Made by a program: the position numbers and the translations under genes
Shown: in pieces, positions 1-10,600 of the stretch
Numbering within the stretch: the first letter of the stretch is position 1
Layout of the letters: each line of letters starts with the position of its first letter
Notes under the pieces: model-generated
The model's database searches: none
Told to the model about the DNA's origin: nothing
What the model saw: only the letters and a program-made list of their open reading frames with translations
Assembly (NCBI GenBank): GCA_964349045.1
Contig: CAYGFI010000004.1
Location: 15,439-79,438, forward strand
Reading direction: 5' to 3'
Source: an uncultured Chitinophaga sp.
GTDB lineage: Bacteria; Bacteroidota; Bacteroidia; Bacteroidales; GCA-2748055
Length of the DNA stretch: 64,000 nucleotides

Positions 1-351
<351 letters not shown>

Positions 352-432
352 TCGCAGAAATTTAAATTAGAAATGATGTTGCTTTTTTAGAAACACTAAA
401 TTAATCCAATCTCTCCCTTTATTACTGAAATC

Positions 433-681
433 ATGTACCTGGAAATTATCACCCCCGAAAAGAAACTGTTTGCAGGAGAGATTAAACTGCTAAAGGTTCC
501 CGGTTCCAAAGGCTCCTTTGAAATTTTAAAGAACCATGCTCCCATTATTTCCACTTTGGAAAAGGGAAGCGTTAAAATTATTAGTCCTGAAGGAGTCGAA
601 ACATTTTTTAATATCGGGGGAGGTGTAATTGAAGCCAAAGAAAATAAAATCATTCTACTTGCAGAAACATACCAGGAATAG
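433..681 (+). CDS. atpC: F0F1 ATP synthase epsilon subunit (short form)
   Basis: 82-aa ORF 81 nt after atpD. The beta-sandwich pattern ITPEKKLFAGEI..LKVPGSKGSFEILKNHAPIIS is typical of F1 epsilon. The C-terminal helices are absent, as in other Bacteroidota. Confidence 0.85.
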   Translation: MYLEIITPEKKLFAGEIKLLKVPGSKGSFEILKNHAPIISTLEKGSVKIISPEGVETFFNIGGGVIEAKENKIILLAETYQE

Positions 682-1435
682 ATTTACCGCAGCCGGTAGC
701 ATTTCTTATATTGCTATTATCCTGCTAACAATATTTTTATCTGAGTCCATTTCAGCCCAGATTATCCGTAAGAGTGAGGTTAATTTTAAAGCTTCTGACG
801 GTTTAATCGTAACCGCGAATTTATACCAGTCCAGAAAATCAAATCCTTATCTTATTTTCTTTCATCAGGAACTTTCGTGTAAGGGTGAATTCGACCCTAT
901 TGTATCCCGTTTTATTAAGATGAACTATAACTGTATGGCTGTTGATTTAAGATCAGGTGATGATCTGGGTTTTGAAAAAAACAAAACCGCTACCAGGGCA
1001 AAAGAAGACGGTTACACATCATCAGTAAATCAAGCCTCCAAAGATATGGAGGCCGCTATTGATTTTATGCATCAGTTCAGCAAGAAGGATGTCTGTATTC
1101 TGGGCAGCGCAAGTTCTGCAACTCTGGCATTAATAGTAGGTCGTAATAATCCCTATGTTAAAGCTATAGTTGCTTTAAGTCCCGGTGAGTATTTTGCACC
1201 TGAGAATGAACTTAAAAATATTCTGGACAATTACCCCAAGCCGGTTTATGTTGGCTGCACAGCCGAAGAGTATTCTTACCTGTCGGGGATTGAAGGATTC
1301 CCGGGACCCGGAAACGTACTATTTAAACCCTCTTCAGGAGAAGGACTTCGTGGCACCATGGCATTATTAAAGGATAATCCCACCCGTGATCAGTATTGGC
1401 TGTCACTATTATTGTTTTTTAAGTCTATTCAATAG
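629..1435 (+). CDS. secreted or membrane-anchored alpha/beta-fold hydrolase (dienelactone-hydrolase-like)
   Basis: 268-aa ORF with a hydrophobic N-terminal anchor (YIAIILLTIFLSESISAQ) and a nucleophile-elbow-like ILGSASSA. The only ATG (629) overlaps atpC by 53 nt, and an in-frame TTG at 659 is an alternative start. Confidence 0.5.
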   Translation: MKPKKIKSFYLQKHTRNRFTAAGSISYIAIILLTIFLSESISAQIIRKSEVNFKASDGLIVTANLYQSRKSNPYLIFFHQELSCKGEFDPIVSRFIKMNYNCMAVDLRSGDDLGFEKNKTATRAKEDGYTSSVNQASKDMEAAIDFMHQFSKKDVCILGSASSATLALIVGRNNPYVKAIVALSPGEYFAPENELKNILDNYPKPVYVGCTAEEYSYLSGIEGFPGPGNVLFKPSSGEGLRGTMALLKDNPTRDQYWLSLLLFFKSIQ

Positions 1436-1451
1436 CGCTAATTCAATTAAC

Positions 1452-2444
1452 GTGGTTAAATTCCTGATCATTCGATTCTCTTCTATCGGAGATATTGTTC
1501 TCACCACCCCGGTTGTTCGTTGTCTGAAAAAACAGGTTGACGATGCCGTTGTTCATTACCTTACAAAGGAAAAGTATTCCGGAATTCTTGAGTTTAATCC
1601 GTATATCGACCATCTGTGGTTGTATAAGAATAATATGACTGAAATATTAGCCGGCTTACAACAGGAAGAATTTGATTATATCATTGATTTACACCATAAT
1701 ATTCGGACTTATAGAATAAAAAGCAAACTCAGGAAAATTTCCTTTTCATTCGACAAACTGAATTACAGGAAATGGTTACTGGTAAATCTGAAAATTAATA
1801 AGTTACCCGCTGTTCATATAGTTGACAGATACCTTGATACCTTAAAAGTTTTTGATGTAAAAAATGATCAGAAAGGACTCGATTATTTCCTCAGGGAAGA
1901 AAAGCCGGATGAAATCAGTCTGGTTTTGACAGAAATTCCTGAAAAATACATTTTACTTGCAATTGGAGCTCAGCATGAGACAAAAAAAGCAACTTCCGGA
2001 ACGCTTGCTGAAATCTGTGACCTTGTTGACTACCCGGTAGTGATATCAGGCGGAAAAAATGACTGTCTCCTTGCTGAATCCATTCTGGAGAAAATTACCA
2101 AAAACAAAAACGTTTATGATACCTCGGGTCAACTTTCACTTAATCAATCTTCCCGTTTAGTGAAAAATGCAGAACTGGTCATTACTCACGACACAGGAAT
2201 AATGCATATCGCAGCAGCATTTAAAAAGAAAATCATCTCCATCTGGGGTAATACCATACCTGAATTTGGTATGTATCCCTATAACCCTGACCCGGAAAGT
2301 AAAATCTTCGAAGTAAAAGGACTGAGATGCCGTCCCTGCTCAAAAATCGGTTATCAGTCTTGTCCAAAAAAGCACTTCAAATGCATGAAACAGCAGAACA
2401 GTACTGAAATAGCATTTTACGCAAGAAAGCTATTACATGGGTAA
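1452..2444 (+). CDS. glycosyltransferase family 9 (heptosyltransferase-like)
   Basis: The N-terminus VKFLIIRFSSIGDIVLTTPVVRCLKKQ and the C-terminal THDTGIMHIAAAF are GT9 hallmarks. The ORF is open from ATG 1386, but the in-frame GTG at 1452 gives the canonical N-terminus. Confidence 0.8.
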   Translation: MVKFLIIRFSSIGDIVLTTPVVRCLKKQVDDAVVHYLTKEKYSGILEFNPYIDHLWLYKNNMTEILAGLQQEEFDYIIDLHHNIRTYRIKSKLRKISFSFDKLNYRKWLLVNLKINKLPAVHIVDRYLDTLKVFDVKNDQKGLDYFLREEKPDEISLVLTEIPEKYILLAIGAQHETKKATSGTLAEICDLVDYPVVISGGKNDCLLAESILEKITKNKNVYDTSGQLSLNQSSRLVKNAELVITHDTGIMHIAAAFKKKIISIWGNTIPEFGMYPYNPDPESKIFEVKGLRCRPCSKIGYQSCPKKHFKCMKQQNSTEIAFYARKLLHG

Positions 2445-2462
2445 TTTAACAGAGTACAGTTA

Positions 2463-3248
2463 TTATTGAGGAATAAAATTGTAAATAATTTTTGCCCTGT
2501 GGTTTTTAGGAGCATTTAAATTTCCCCCAAAACGCGTTTTTAAAGCAAAGTTCCTGGCCACCTCAAGCAGGCAATCCTTATCAGCATAATCTTTAGATAC
2601 TCTGGATTCGGCAGAAATAACTTTACCCGTCTGATCTACAACAATACTTACAATTACCGTTCCCTCTCCCCGGCATTTATAAACCGGAACGGGAAGATAA
2701 ACCTTAAACCTGTTATAGGGGGGATCCAGGAACTCGTAACTGATATTGCTGGGTCCGGAATAATCGTCCATTTCAATATCGTTATTTCCGTTAAAAACCG
2801 GTGGTACATAATCAGGCTGGCTAAGTATTTTATTGATTTCTTCCTGTTGCTTACGCCATTCTTCACTCCTGTCCTCATCTATTTGCCTCAGGTACTCATC
2901 CACAAAGTTTTCGGTACTGATTTCTTTTTCAATCTTTTCGGAAATATTACCTGCACGATTACTGAGATTGCCGGCTTGAGATAAAAGTCTGTCAAGGTAT
3001 GCCTGCTCCGCCGGATTGAGGGGGGATTGAACTATTTCAGGCTGTTCGGCAATTTGCGAATAATCAAGTGTAATATCCAGATCGAGGGATTGCTTAAAAC
3101 CCTGGATTTTTATCAAAAGAAAAACGATCAGCAAAAACATATGAAACATCAGGGTACCTAAAATACCTCGTATGTTTTTCCTGAAAAAACGGGAAAATGA
3201 AAATGATTGGGTTTCTAATTGCTCAAATATTTTTTCCGTCGGGTTCAA
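2463..3248 (-). CDS. TonB-family energy-transducer-like protein
   Basis: It has an N-terminal TM anchor (ILGTLMFHMFLLIVFLLI), a charged linker, and a C-terminal TonB_C-like motif GEGTVIVSIVVDQTGKVISAE. Confidence 0.6.
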   Translation of the reverse strand: MNPTEKIFEQLETQSFSFSRFFRKNIRGILGTLMFHMFLLIVFLLIKIQGFKQSLDLDITLDYSQIAEQPEIVQSPLNPAEQAYLDRLLSQAGNLSNRAGNISEKIEKEISTENFVDEYLRQIDEDRSEEWRKQQEEINKILSQPDYVPPVFNGNNDIEMDDYSGPSNISYEFLDPPYNRFKVYLPVPVYKCRGEGTVIVSIVVDQTGKVISAESRVSKDYADKDCLLEVARNFALKTRFGGNLNAPKNHRAKIIYNFIPQ

Positions 3249-3310
3249 ATTGATTTCTGATTTTTGTAAAGGTAATACGAATAGAATTGTAAGAAAATTA
3301 TGCTAATCCC

Positions 3311-6175
3311 TTAAAACTGGTCAAGATTTACTGTAAAAAGCAATTGTACACCAACCGTTTTTCCATGGGGGAAGTAGATAAATCTCGCTCCGGAACTTAA
3401 TTCAAAAATGAAACGAAGAATATGATAATCGGCATATAATTCCAAACCCTGGCTTAAAAGATATTCCGGCATTGTTGTAACTACTTCATCCTCTAATAAT
3501 TGATATTTTTCAACTCCTTTCATATAATCGACAAAGAAATTGCCTCTTACACGCTTAAGATATAAAAATGGTCCCAGAGCAAGATCCGGGTATATTATAG
3601 GAAAGGCATAATCGGCAGAATATTTATTCATTTTTATAAAAATCCGTGGGTCATATCCCCTGGGTAATGTTAAGTGATTCCGAATATAGTAATAATCAAC
3701 ATCCTGCTGTTGCCACTCGCTTCTGAGCCTTAAACCCTGGTTTCTGATCAACCCCGGTAAATACAAATTAATTCGCATTGATCGGATATTTCCATACAAT
3801 TCATCTTCGAAGGGAGACGAGGTAACTTTTGCATCTAAACTAAAACCGAACCTGGGTTGAATATCCCTTGCCGACCTGCGTAAATAAGAATACAAGTATA
3901 TTCCCGGTTCTATAAATACCATCCCTCTTTTATAACTACTATCTGAAAAATGATAAAAATAGGTCGAGTTATATCTAAGCTGCAGGGATGGCTGCATACC
4001 CGTTATAATCTTTCCGGATGTTAATGTAAGCGGAATATAAGATGTAAGTGAGTTGTTCCAGTTCAGGTTCAGATCCGGAGAATCCACGCCCTCAATGGGA
4101 GCTACCGTCGGGGCACCTCCGTAAGTTGAGGATATATCAATAACCGGAACGAAACCCTTATAGGTAAACCGGGTATGAAGTAAATTCGAACCGTTATATC
4201 GCTCATAACCCAGGCTGGTAAATGCGGTGCTAAGGCTATTCTGGGAAAGGAGCGTAATTCCTTTAGAGATTTGAGGATCATCAATATTGGGATCTGTATA
4301 ATCGAACCAATAAGGGGCCCAGCTATGAAAACCAAAAAGGTGAGCTGCTTTGGAATAGGATTTTTCTTCATATTCAACATTTTCACTAATGGAGGTATCA
4401 GGGACTTGTGTTTCAGGCTTCAGATTAATTGAATTAAACGACTGCTCCCTGATAGAATCAGGTATTATAAATTCCTCCTGAAGTTTCGGGTTGAAATTGT
4501 TTAAAATAATATCATATCCATTCAATCCATATGAAGAAAATGATAATAAGCTATTATCATCTGATACATCGGGATGAAATGATCCAAATGCAGAATTAGT
4601 ATGTTTTCTGAGTTTCTTATCGGTACGGTTATAAGAATAAATTTCATCAATTCCGGTAAATCCCCCGTTAAAAAAAAGAAAATCCCCGGCTGATTTCAGT
4701 TGATCGACATTTACAAATCCGGTTTTCAGATTTTCGGTCCAGACGCCCTTCTCAAGATCATATTCGAAAAGCGCCTTACCCTCTTGTCCTGTTGCTATAA
4801 CTGCAATTCTGGAAGTTCCGGTAATCCATTCGGGATATTGCAGGTAATTATTATCAGGGGCGGGAATATTTTGCAGGACTTTACCATCCGACGAACTGAG
4901 AATTACCAGGGAAAAACTATAATCCGGACTGGCATTAACAGCCACAATACTATCTCCACCGGGCGACCAGGAAGGAGAGATAAACTTACTTTTATGACTC
5001 AGGGTGCGACTTTTACCCGTTTCGGTATTATATTCCCTGAGTATCGAATAACTACGGTTTCGCCAGCGAATATCCTGAACATATTCATCCCAGATAATTT
5101 TTCCATTTTTAACTGAAAAGCGACCGGAAACCAACGAACCGGGGATGTAAATAATTCTTTCCTCTCCGCCGGGATAATTTTTTACAAAGCGTGGAATAAT
5201 GTTCAGGCCTGTTTTCAGGGAGATAAATGAAGAATCGGGCAAGAGCCGTGGATGATTATAATTCGTATAAATTTTTGAATCTCTCTTATTAAAAGGGATT
5301 TGAAGTACCGGCGCTCTTAGAATGGACTCCTCGGTCCAGTGTTCTTTTATTGCGGACATTGTATTCTTATACAACATACTTTGACCTCCGCCGGTTATTT
5401 TTTTTGTATAAAAATACATCGGACTACCCAGGTAAGACCTGCGGCCAACGAAGTCGAGCGCATTAGTCCAATAATCATCTCCGTAGTTTATTCGGGCATA
5501 ACTAACCATTTGATATCCCAGGCGGTAATAATCGGGCACAAAATCCCTGTAAGATCCCAGGTATGCTTTACTCAGAGAAAAGGATTTATTACCGGAAAGA
5601 AGCTGAGTTTTCAATTCCATTTCGAATGAAGGAAGTCTTCCCCGGCCTGCACGCGAAAGAGATGTTTCTGCACTTACCGCATCTCCCTCTATAAACCATA
5701 AAGGCATCATTCCGGCAACGATGCCGTTTGCCTGCTGACCCAGGACAATTGACAGAAACCCTGTAAATCCCTTATTGACTTTTTCAATCTGGATAATATG
5801 TCTGAATTCATGCAGACTAAGTTCCTGTAACCAGTCGATCGGATAAATGTCGGGGTCAGGAAAGGTAAAAAATTCCATTCTTTTGGGAGCCCAGGTTACA
5901 AAAGCATTCGAATAGACCGTCTGATTATGAATAATTATGGGTATTTTCCGGGGTTTATGGTTCAGCTGAGCAGAATTTACATGGTAATTTTTTTCCATAA
6001 GCCTGGCCAGGTTCTGGGCATTTGCCGAAAAATCTGTTGGAAATATGATCCGGAAATGATCGGTATCGAGGCGTTTCCATTTCAGGGAGGAAGGGTCCTG
6101 GCCGAATTCATAAAATTGAGCAGAAACGGAAGTTCCGAGGCATAAGAGCAATAAAATCCTGAGAAAATATTTCAT
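3311..6175 (-). CDS. secreted 954-aa protein with an HExxH motif, TolB/PD40-like beta-propeller region and beta-rich C-terminus
   Basis: It has a signal peptide (MKYFLRILLLLCLGTSVSAQ) and an HEFRH motif in WLQELSLHEFRHIIQ. The central part has WSPGGDSIVAV-type PD40-like repeats. The C-terminus is rich in Y/F/G and ends in F. Confidence 0.55.
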   Translation of the reverse strand: MKYFLRILLLLCLGTSVSAQFYEFGQDPSSLKWKRLDTDHFRIIFPTDFSANAQNLARLMEKNYHVNSAQLNHKPRKIPIIIHNQTVYSNAFVTWAPKRMEFFTFPDPDIYPIDWLQELSLHEFRHIIQIEKVNKGFTGFLSIVLGQQANGIVAGMMPLWFIEGDAVSAETSLSRAGRGRLPSFEMELKTQLLSGNKSFSLSKAYLGSYRDFVPDYYRLGYQMVSYARINYGDDYWTNALDFVGRRSYLGSPMYFYTKKITGGGQSMLYKNTMSAIKEHWTEESILRAPVLQIPFNKRDSKIYTNYNHPRLLPDSSFISLKTGLNIIPRFVKNYPGGEERIIYIPGSLVSGRFSVKNGKIIWDEYVQDIRWRNRSYSILREYNTETGKSRTLSHKSKFISPSWSPGGDSIVAVNASPDYSFSLVILSSSDGKVLQNIPAPDNNYLQYPEWITGTSRIAVIATGQEGKALFEYDLEKGVWTENLKTGFVNVDQLKSAGDFLFFNGGFTGIDEIYSYNRTDKKLRKHTNSAFGSFHPDVSDDNSLLSFSSYGLNGYDIILNNFNPKLQEEFIIPDSIREQSFNSINLKPETQVPDTSISENVEYEEKSYSKAAHLFGFHSWAPYWFDYTDPNIDDPQISKGITLLSQNSLSTAFTSLGYERYNGSNLLHTRFTYKGFVPVIDISSTYGGAPTVAPIEGVDSPDLNLNWNNSLTSYIPLTLTSGKIITGMQPSLQLRYNSTYFYHFSDSSYKRGMVFIEPGIYLYSYLRRSARDIQPRFGFSLDAKVTSSPFEDELYGNIRSMRINLYLPGLIRNQGLRLRSEWQQQDVDYYYIRNHLTLPRGYDPRIFIKMNKYSADYAFPIIYPDLALGPFLYLKRVRGNFFVDYMKGVEKYQLLEDEVVTTMPEYLLSQGLELYADYHILRFIFELSSGARFIYFPHGKTVGVQLLFTVNLDQF

Positions 6176-6563
6176 CCGTGCAATTTATAATTAATCTCCA
6201 TTCTATTCCTAACGAGAGGATTAAATTTTTATATACAATTCTAAATTAACAGATTATGTGGATAATGGTTTTGAGGATTTATCCTGATCATATTAAAAAT
6301 TCAAAAATCAAAAAAGAAACGGTCCAAGTACATTGGCTTAAGGAATAACGATGGATCTAATCAATTTCTTGTTAAAAGGCAGCGTGGGAAAAGGAACTAA
6401 AACTTTTTATCCCCTTAAATGAGTATATATTTGTGCATAGCAAAAAAGTAGATCAATATTACAGCTTTTTACAGTTGTAATTATAAATGCTCCTGCTATG
6501 AAATTGATCGCATTCCGATTAGATTATTAAATACTACAGGAATGAACCTATAAAATAATCACC

Positions 6564-6797
6564 ATGAACCTACACGCTCAAAAAGAGATAATCATAGCGC
6601 AATTTAAGAAGATTAACGATGAAAATCTTATTAATGCCATTAAAAACATGCTCGATTATGCTTTAAAGAAAGAAAAGGAAAGTCTTGAAGTTCCGGAAGC
6701 CCACCAAAAACTGGTAATGGAACGCTTTAACAAGGTACTCAAGAATCCGGAAAGACTTTTGGATTGGGACGAAGCTAAAAAAACGCTCAAAGCCTGA
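6564..6797 (+). CDS. addiction-module antitoxin component (TIGR02574-like)
   Basis: 77-aa ORF whose C-terminal ...PEAHQKLVMERFNKVLKNPERLLDWDEAKKTL matches the small antitoxin family paired with ParE/RelE toxins. Its stop overlaps the next ATG (TGATG). Confidence 0.65.
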   Translation: MNLHAQKEIIIAQFKKINDENLINAIKNMLDYALKKEKESLEVPEAHQKLVMERFNKVLKNPERLLDWDEAKKTLKA

Positions 6798-6934
6798 TGA
6801 AAAAGTACAAAGTAAAGATTGCTCCGGAAGCCCTTGCCGATATCCAGGAAATTACCAATTGGTACAATGAACAACAAGCCGGGCTTGGCAAGCGGTTTCA
6901 GAATACAACAATTAAGCTAATTATTTCCAGATAA
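6797..6934 (+). pseudogene. truncated ParE/RelE-family toxin (45 codons, about half length)
   Basis: The hand-translated MKKYKVKIAPEALADIQEITNWYNEQQAGLGKRFQNTTIKLIISR* matches the N-terminal half of ParE-like toxins. A stop follows, and no toxin-like C-terminal half appears in any downstream frame. Confidence 0.6.
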
Positions 6935-7153
6935 CCATGACTGTTAGTATACTGAACTGCAAAATTAGATGGATAATTTAATGTATCCAAACGAATATAG
7001 CTATCGTAACCGTATTTTGTAGAATAATTTGTTCCATCAATTTTAGTTATTTGATTGATTGCCATCAGAATTGCTTAAAAATACAACCATGCAACCTATT
7101 CCGGAATAGTGACAAATGCACTAAATTATTTGTGCCTTTGAATCGATACTTTA

Positions 7154-7489
7154 TTATAATCTGTAGTTTTTTGATTTTAGATAAATCCTGATTTTTTCCC
7201 GGAAATCCCCCTGGATAATGATCTCCCCATCTTTGGATGAGCCACCGGTTGCACATTTCGATTTTAACTCCTTTTCCAGTAATTGAAGGTCTTTAGTTTT
7301 TCCGACAAATCCCGTAATAAGGGTAACCGTTTTCCCTTTCCGGTGTTTCGTGCTCAGCTGAATTCTCAGGTTTTGTTTTTCAGGAGGAAGCGTATCTCCG
7401 GGAGCATTCTTGTCTTCTTCAAAGTGAAATTCCGGGTTGGTGGAGTACACTATACCAGGACGGGATTTCCAGTCGTTATCTTTGCTCAT
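7154..7489 (-). CDS. yciH: translation initiation factor SUI1/YciH family
   Basis: ...LRIQLSTKHRKGKTVTLITGFVG..DLQLLEKELKSKCATGGSSKDGEIIIQGDFREKI is the SUI1 fold signature. I chose the internal ATG at 7489 because the upstream 22 codons are hydrophobic junk. Confidence 0.85.
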   Translation of the reverse strand: MSKDNDWKSRPGIVYSTNPEFHFEEDKNAPGDTLPPEKQNLRIQLSTKHRKGKTVTLITGFVGKTKDLQLLEKELKSKCATGGSSKDGEIIIQGDFREKIRIYLKSKNYRL

Positions 7490-7621
7490 GTTGATAATAA
7501 TAAATGAAAATAGCAAAAGTAAAAATGCAAATAGCTGCGATTTGCATATTTCCAAAGATACACCCTCTTTACTTTAATATTCATAAAAAACATTAATTTC
7601 GCCAAGGTCAAAACCATCATC

Positions 7622-10600
7622 ATGAGAAATTTCAGAACCTGGAACCTGGGTCTGGGCTGGCTTAGTTTCGTAATTGCCACACTAGTTTATATTCTTACAC
7701 TGGAACCAACTGTCAGCTGGTGGGATTGTGGTGAATTTATCGCGAGTTCCTATAAACTGCAGATAGGGCATCCCCCGGGAGCTCCTTTATTCCTTATGTT
7801 GGGAAGGGTTGCTTCCTTATTTGCATCAGACCCTGAAAACGTGGCTTATATGATAAATTTATTATCCGCTTTGGCCAGTTCATTTACCATCCTGTTTCTT
7901 TTCTGGTCCATTACGCACCTTGCAAGGAAACTTACCGTTGAAAAGGAAAACATAAGCTTTACCGATGCCGTACTTATTTTAGGAAGTGGTCTTGTTGGTT
8001 CATTAGCCTATTCATTTTCTGATACAGCCTGGTTTTCGGCTGTTGAAGGCGAAGTTTACGGAACCTCTTCACTTTTTACTGCTGTTGTTTTCTGGGCAAT
8101 TCTTAAATGGGAAAATGTAGCCAGCGAGCCTCATGCAAACCGCTGGCTAATACTGATTGCTTATTTAATGGGCTTATCGATCGGAGTACATCTATTAAAC
8201 CTTCTTGCTATCCCGGCAATTGTACTGGTTTATTATTTTAAAAAATACACATACTCTTTAAAAGGAGTTCTGTTTTCATTAGGTTTATCAATACTTATCC
8301 TTGGGGTGATCATGTACGGAATCATCAACGGATTGGTAAAAATTGCCAGCTGGTTTGAATTATTATTCATTAACGGATTTGGGTTGCCTTTCAATTCGGG
8401 GGTATTGATATATGCTATTCTTATCACGGGTATTGTTGGTTTTGGCGTCTGGTACACAAACAAACATGGAAAGGTTATCCTGAACACTGTTTTTTTATGT
8501 TTTAGCATGATTATGATCGGTTACTCTTCTTATGCCATGATTGTTATCCGCTCACATGCAAATCCGCCTTTAGATGAAAATAATCCGGAGAATGTATTTG
8601 CGCTTTTATCCTATCTGAACCGTGAACAATACGGCGAGCGGCCCTTATTATCCGGACATAACTATAATGCTGAGATTGCACGCAACCGGGAAGGTTATGC
8701 TGTAATAAAAAAGGGAAAGAAAGTTTACGCTAAAGATGAAACTAAAGGACTGTATGTTATTGCTTATGAGAAACCTGAATTGACTTATTCCACTGCAAGA
8801 GTTATTATGCCAAGAATGTACAGCCGGGAACCGGATCATATCATGGAATATAAAAACTGGGGAGGAATTAAAGAAGGCAAAAGTCCGGCATTGATAAACA
8901 ATATCATGTATTTTTTCAATTATCAGCTTGGACACATGTATATCCGGTATTTCATGTGGAATTTTGCAGGTAAACAGAGTGATGAGCAAAGTCACGGCAG
9001 TTTGGTAAACGGCAACTGGATCAGCGGCGTTAAATTTTTAGATGAATTCCGCCTGGGGGATCAGGATGCGCTTCCTGACAAATACAAAAACAATCCTTCC
9101 CGTAACCGGTACTATTTTCTACCCCTGATTCTGGGCATCCTGGGTTTGCTTTTTCATTTCACGGCTCACCGAAAGGATTTTTTTATCATCAGTTTATTGT
9201 TTTTTATGACGGGTGTTGCCATTGTTCTTTACCTGAATCAAACCCCTTTGCAACCCAGGGAGCGCGACTATGCCTATGCAGGGTCGTTTTACTCATTTTG
9301 TATATGGATTGGGCTTGGAGTATTTGGTCTGTACGATGCTCTTAAAAAGAGCTGGAAAAATCAATATGCGGCCATATCAATTGTAGTTCTTACCCTGCTT
9401 TTTGTACCCGGAATGATGGCTTCAGAAAACTGGACCGATCATAACCGTTCCGGAAGATATACTGCACGCGATATCGCCAGAAACTATTTTGATTCATGTG
9501 GGAAGGATGCTATCCTATTTACCAACGGGGACAATGATACTTTCCCTCTCTGGTATGTGCAGGAGGTAGAAGGTTACAGGACCGATGTGAGAGTTGTAAA
9601 CCTGATGCTGTTTAATACCGAATGGTATATCGACCAGATGAAAATGATGGCTTATGAGTCTGAACCTCTTCCAATTACATTGCCCTTTTCAAAATACGCG
9701 GATGGAACCAATGGCAGTGTTTATGTGAAAACGGATCCCCGGAAAATTAATGTCACTACCCTTATTGAAGGTATTACAAGCGAACATAAGATGTTTCGGG
9801 ATCTTACCATCAGAAACGAGGTGGTTGATGTAATACCGACACCAAATCTTATACTGGATGTTGATACCTCCCTGGTTATCTCCAATGGTACTGTAAAACC
9901 GCAAAATACTCACCTCATTGAAAGTCCGGTAAGCTGGACCCTGAGAGATATTCCTATTTCCAAAGCCAACCTTATTCAGCTTGACATACTGGCTCATAAT
10001 AACTGGCAAAGACCCGTTTATTTTGTGGCAGGAGGTAATGACGGCACATTAGGGCTGGAGGAGTATTTTCAGATGGATGGTCTTGCATATCGTTTTGTCC
10101 CCATCAAAACCAAATCACCGGATTTTTATTATGAGCTGGGGAAAATTGATACTGATATCCTTTATGAAAACCTGATGAATAAATTCAAATGGGGAAGAAT
10201 GAATGAACCTGATGTTTACATGGATTACTACAATATAAGGACACTGGGAGTGATTAAGTTCAGAAAAGCATTCGTGAGGCTTGCGGAAGCATTGGCGCTT
10301 GAGGGTAAGAAAGATATAGCTGTGGAAGTTTTAGACCGTTGCATGGAACTTACTCCAAACTATAAAATTCCTTATGACCATTTTATTTCAGGAGTCACCT
10401 ACAGCGGGGGTAAAAATAAACCACCTATTCATTATTCAGGAATAATTGAAGCCTATTACAAGTGCGGAGCATTCGAAAAAGCCAATGCCATTTTACTGGA
10501 GTATGCTGAGATTCTTCAGCAGGATATTCAATACTATCAAATTCTGAATGAGAGGTTTAAAAGACGTTTTGAAAATGAAGCATTTGAAAGTCAGAGTTTG

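Noticed and set aside
629-681. A 53-nt overlap between atpC and the next ORF, as possible translational coupling or an overlapping-gene oddity.
   Set aside because: It is more simply explained by an uncertain start. An in-frame TTG at 659 or another non-ATG codon could shorten the overlap. Nothing else supports a special mechanism.
4102-6145. Several 70-140 aa ORFs on both strands inside the 3311..6175 gene (4102..4386, 4700..5116, 5339..5629, 5927..6145).
   Set aside because: All are nested in or antisense to the 954-aa gene, which has a signal peptide and coherent domain structure. None has a motif of its own.
6898-7065. 55-codon minus-strand ORF (MAINQITKIDGTNYSTKYGYDSYIRLDTLNYPSNFAVQYTNSHG...) overlapping the truncated toxin 3' end.
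   Set aside because: It is too short and has no motif or obvious promoter. It may be a fragment of whatever replaced the toxin C-terminus. It is mentioned under the TA finding and not called as a gene.
7490-7555. N-terminal 22-codon extension of the SUI1 ORF (MEICKSQLFAFLLLLFSFIIIN), which would look like a signal peptide.
   Set aside because: SUI1/YciH proteins are cytoplasmic and about 110 aa. The internal ATG at 7489 gives the canonical length, and the extension overlaps the divergent promoter region.
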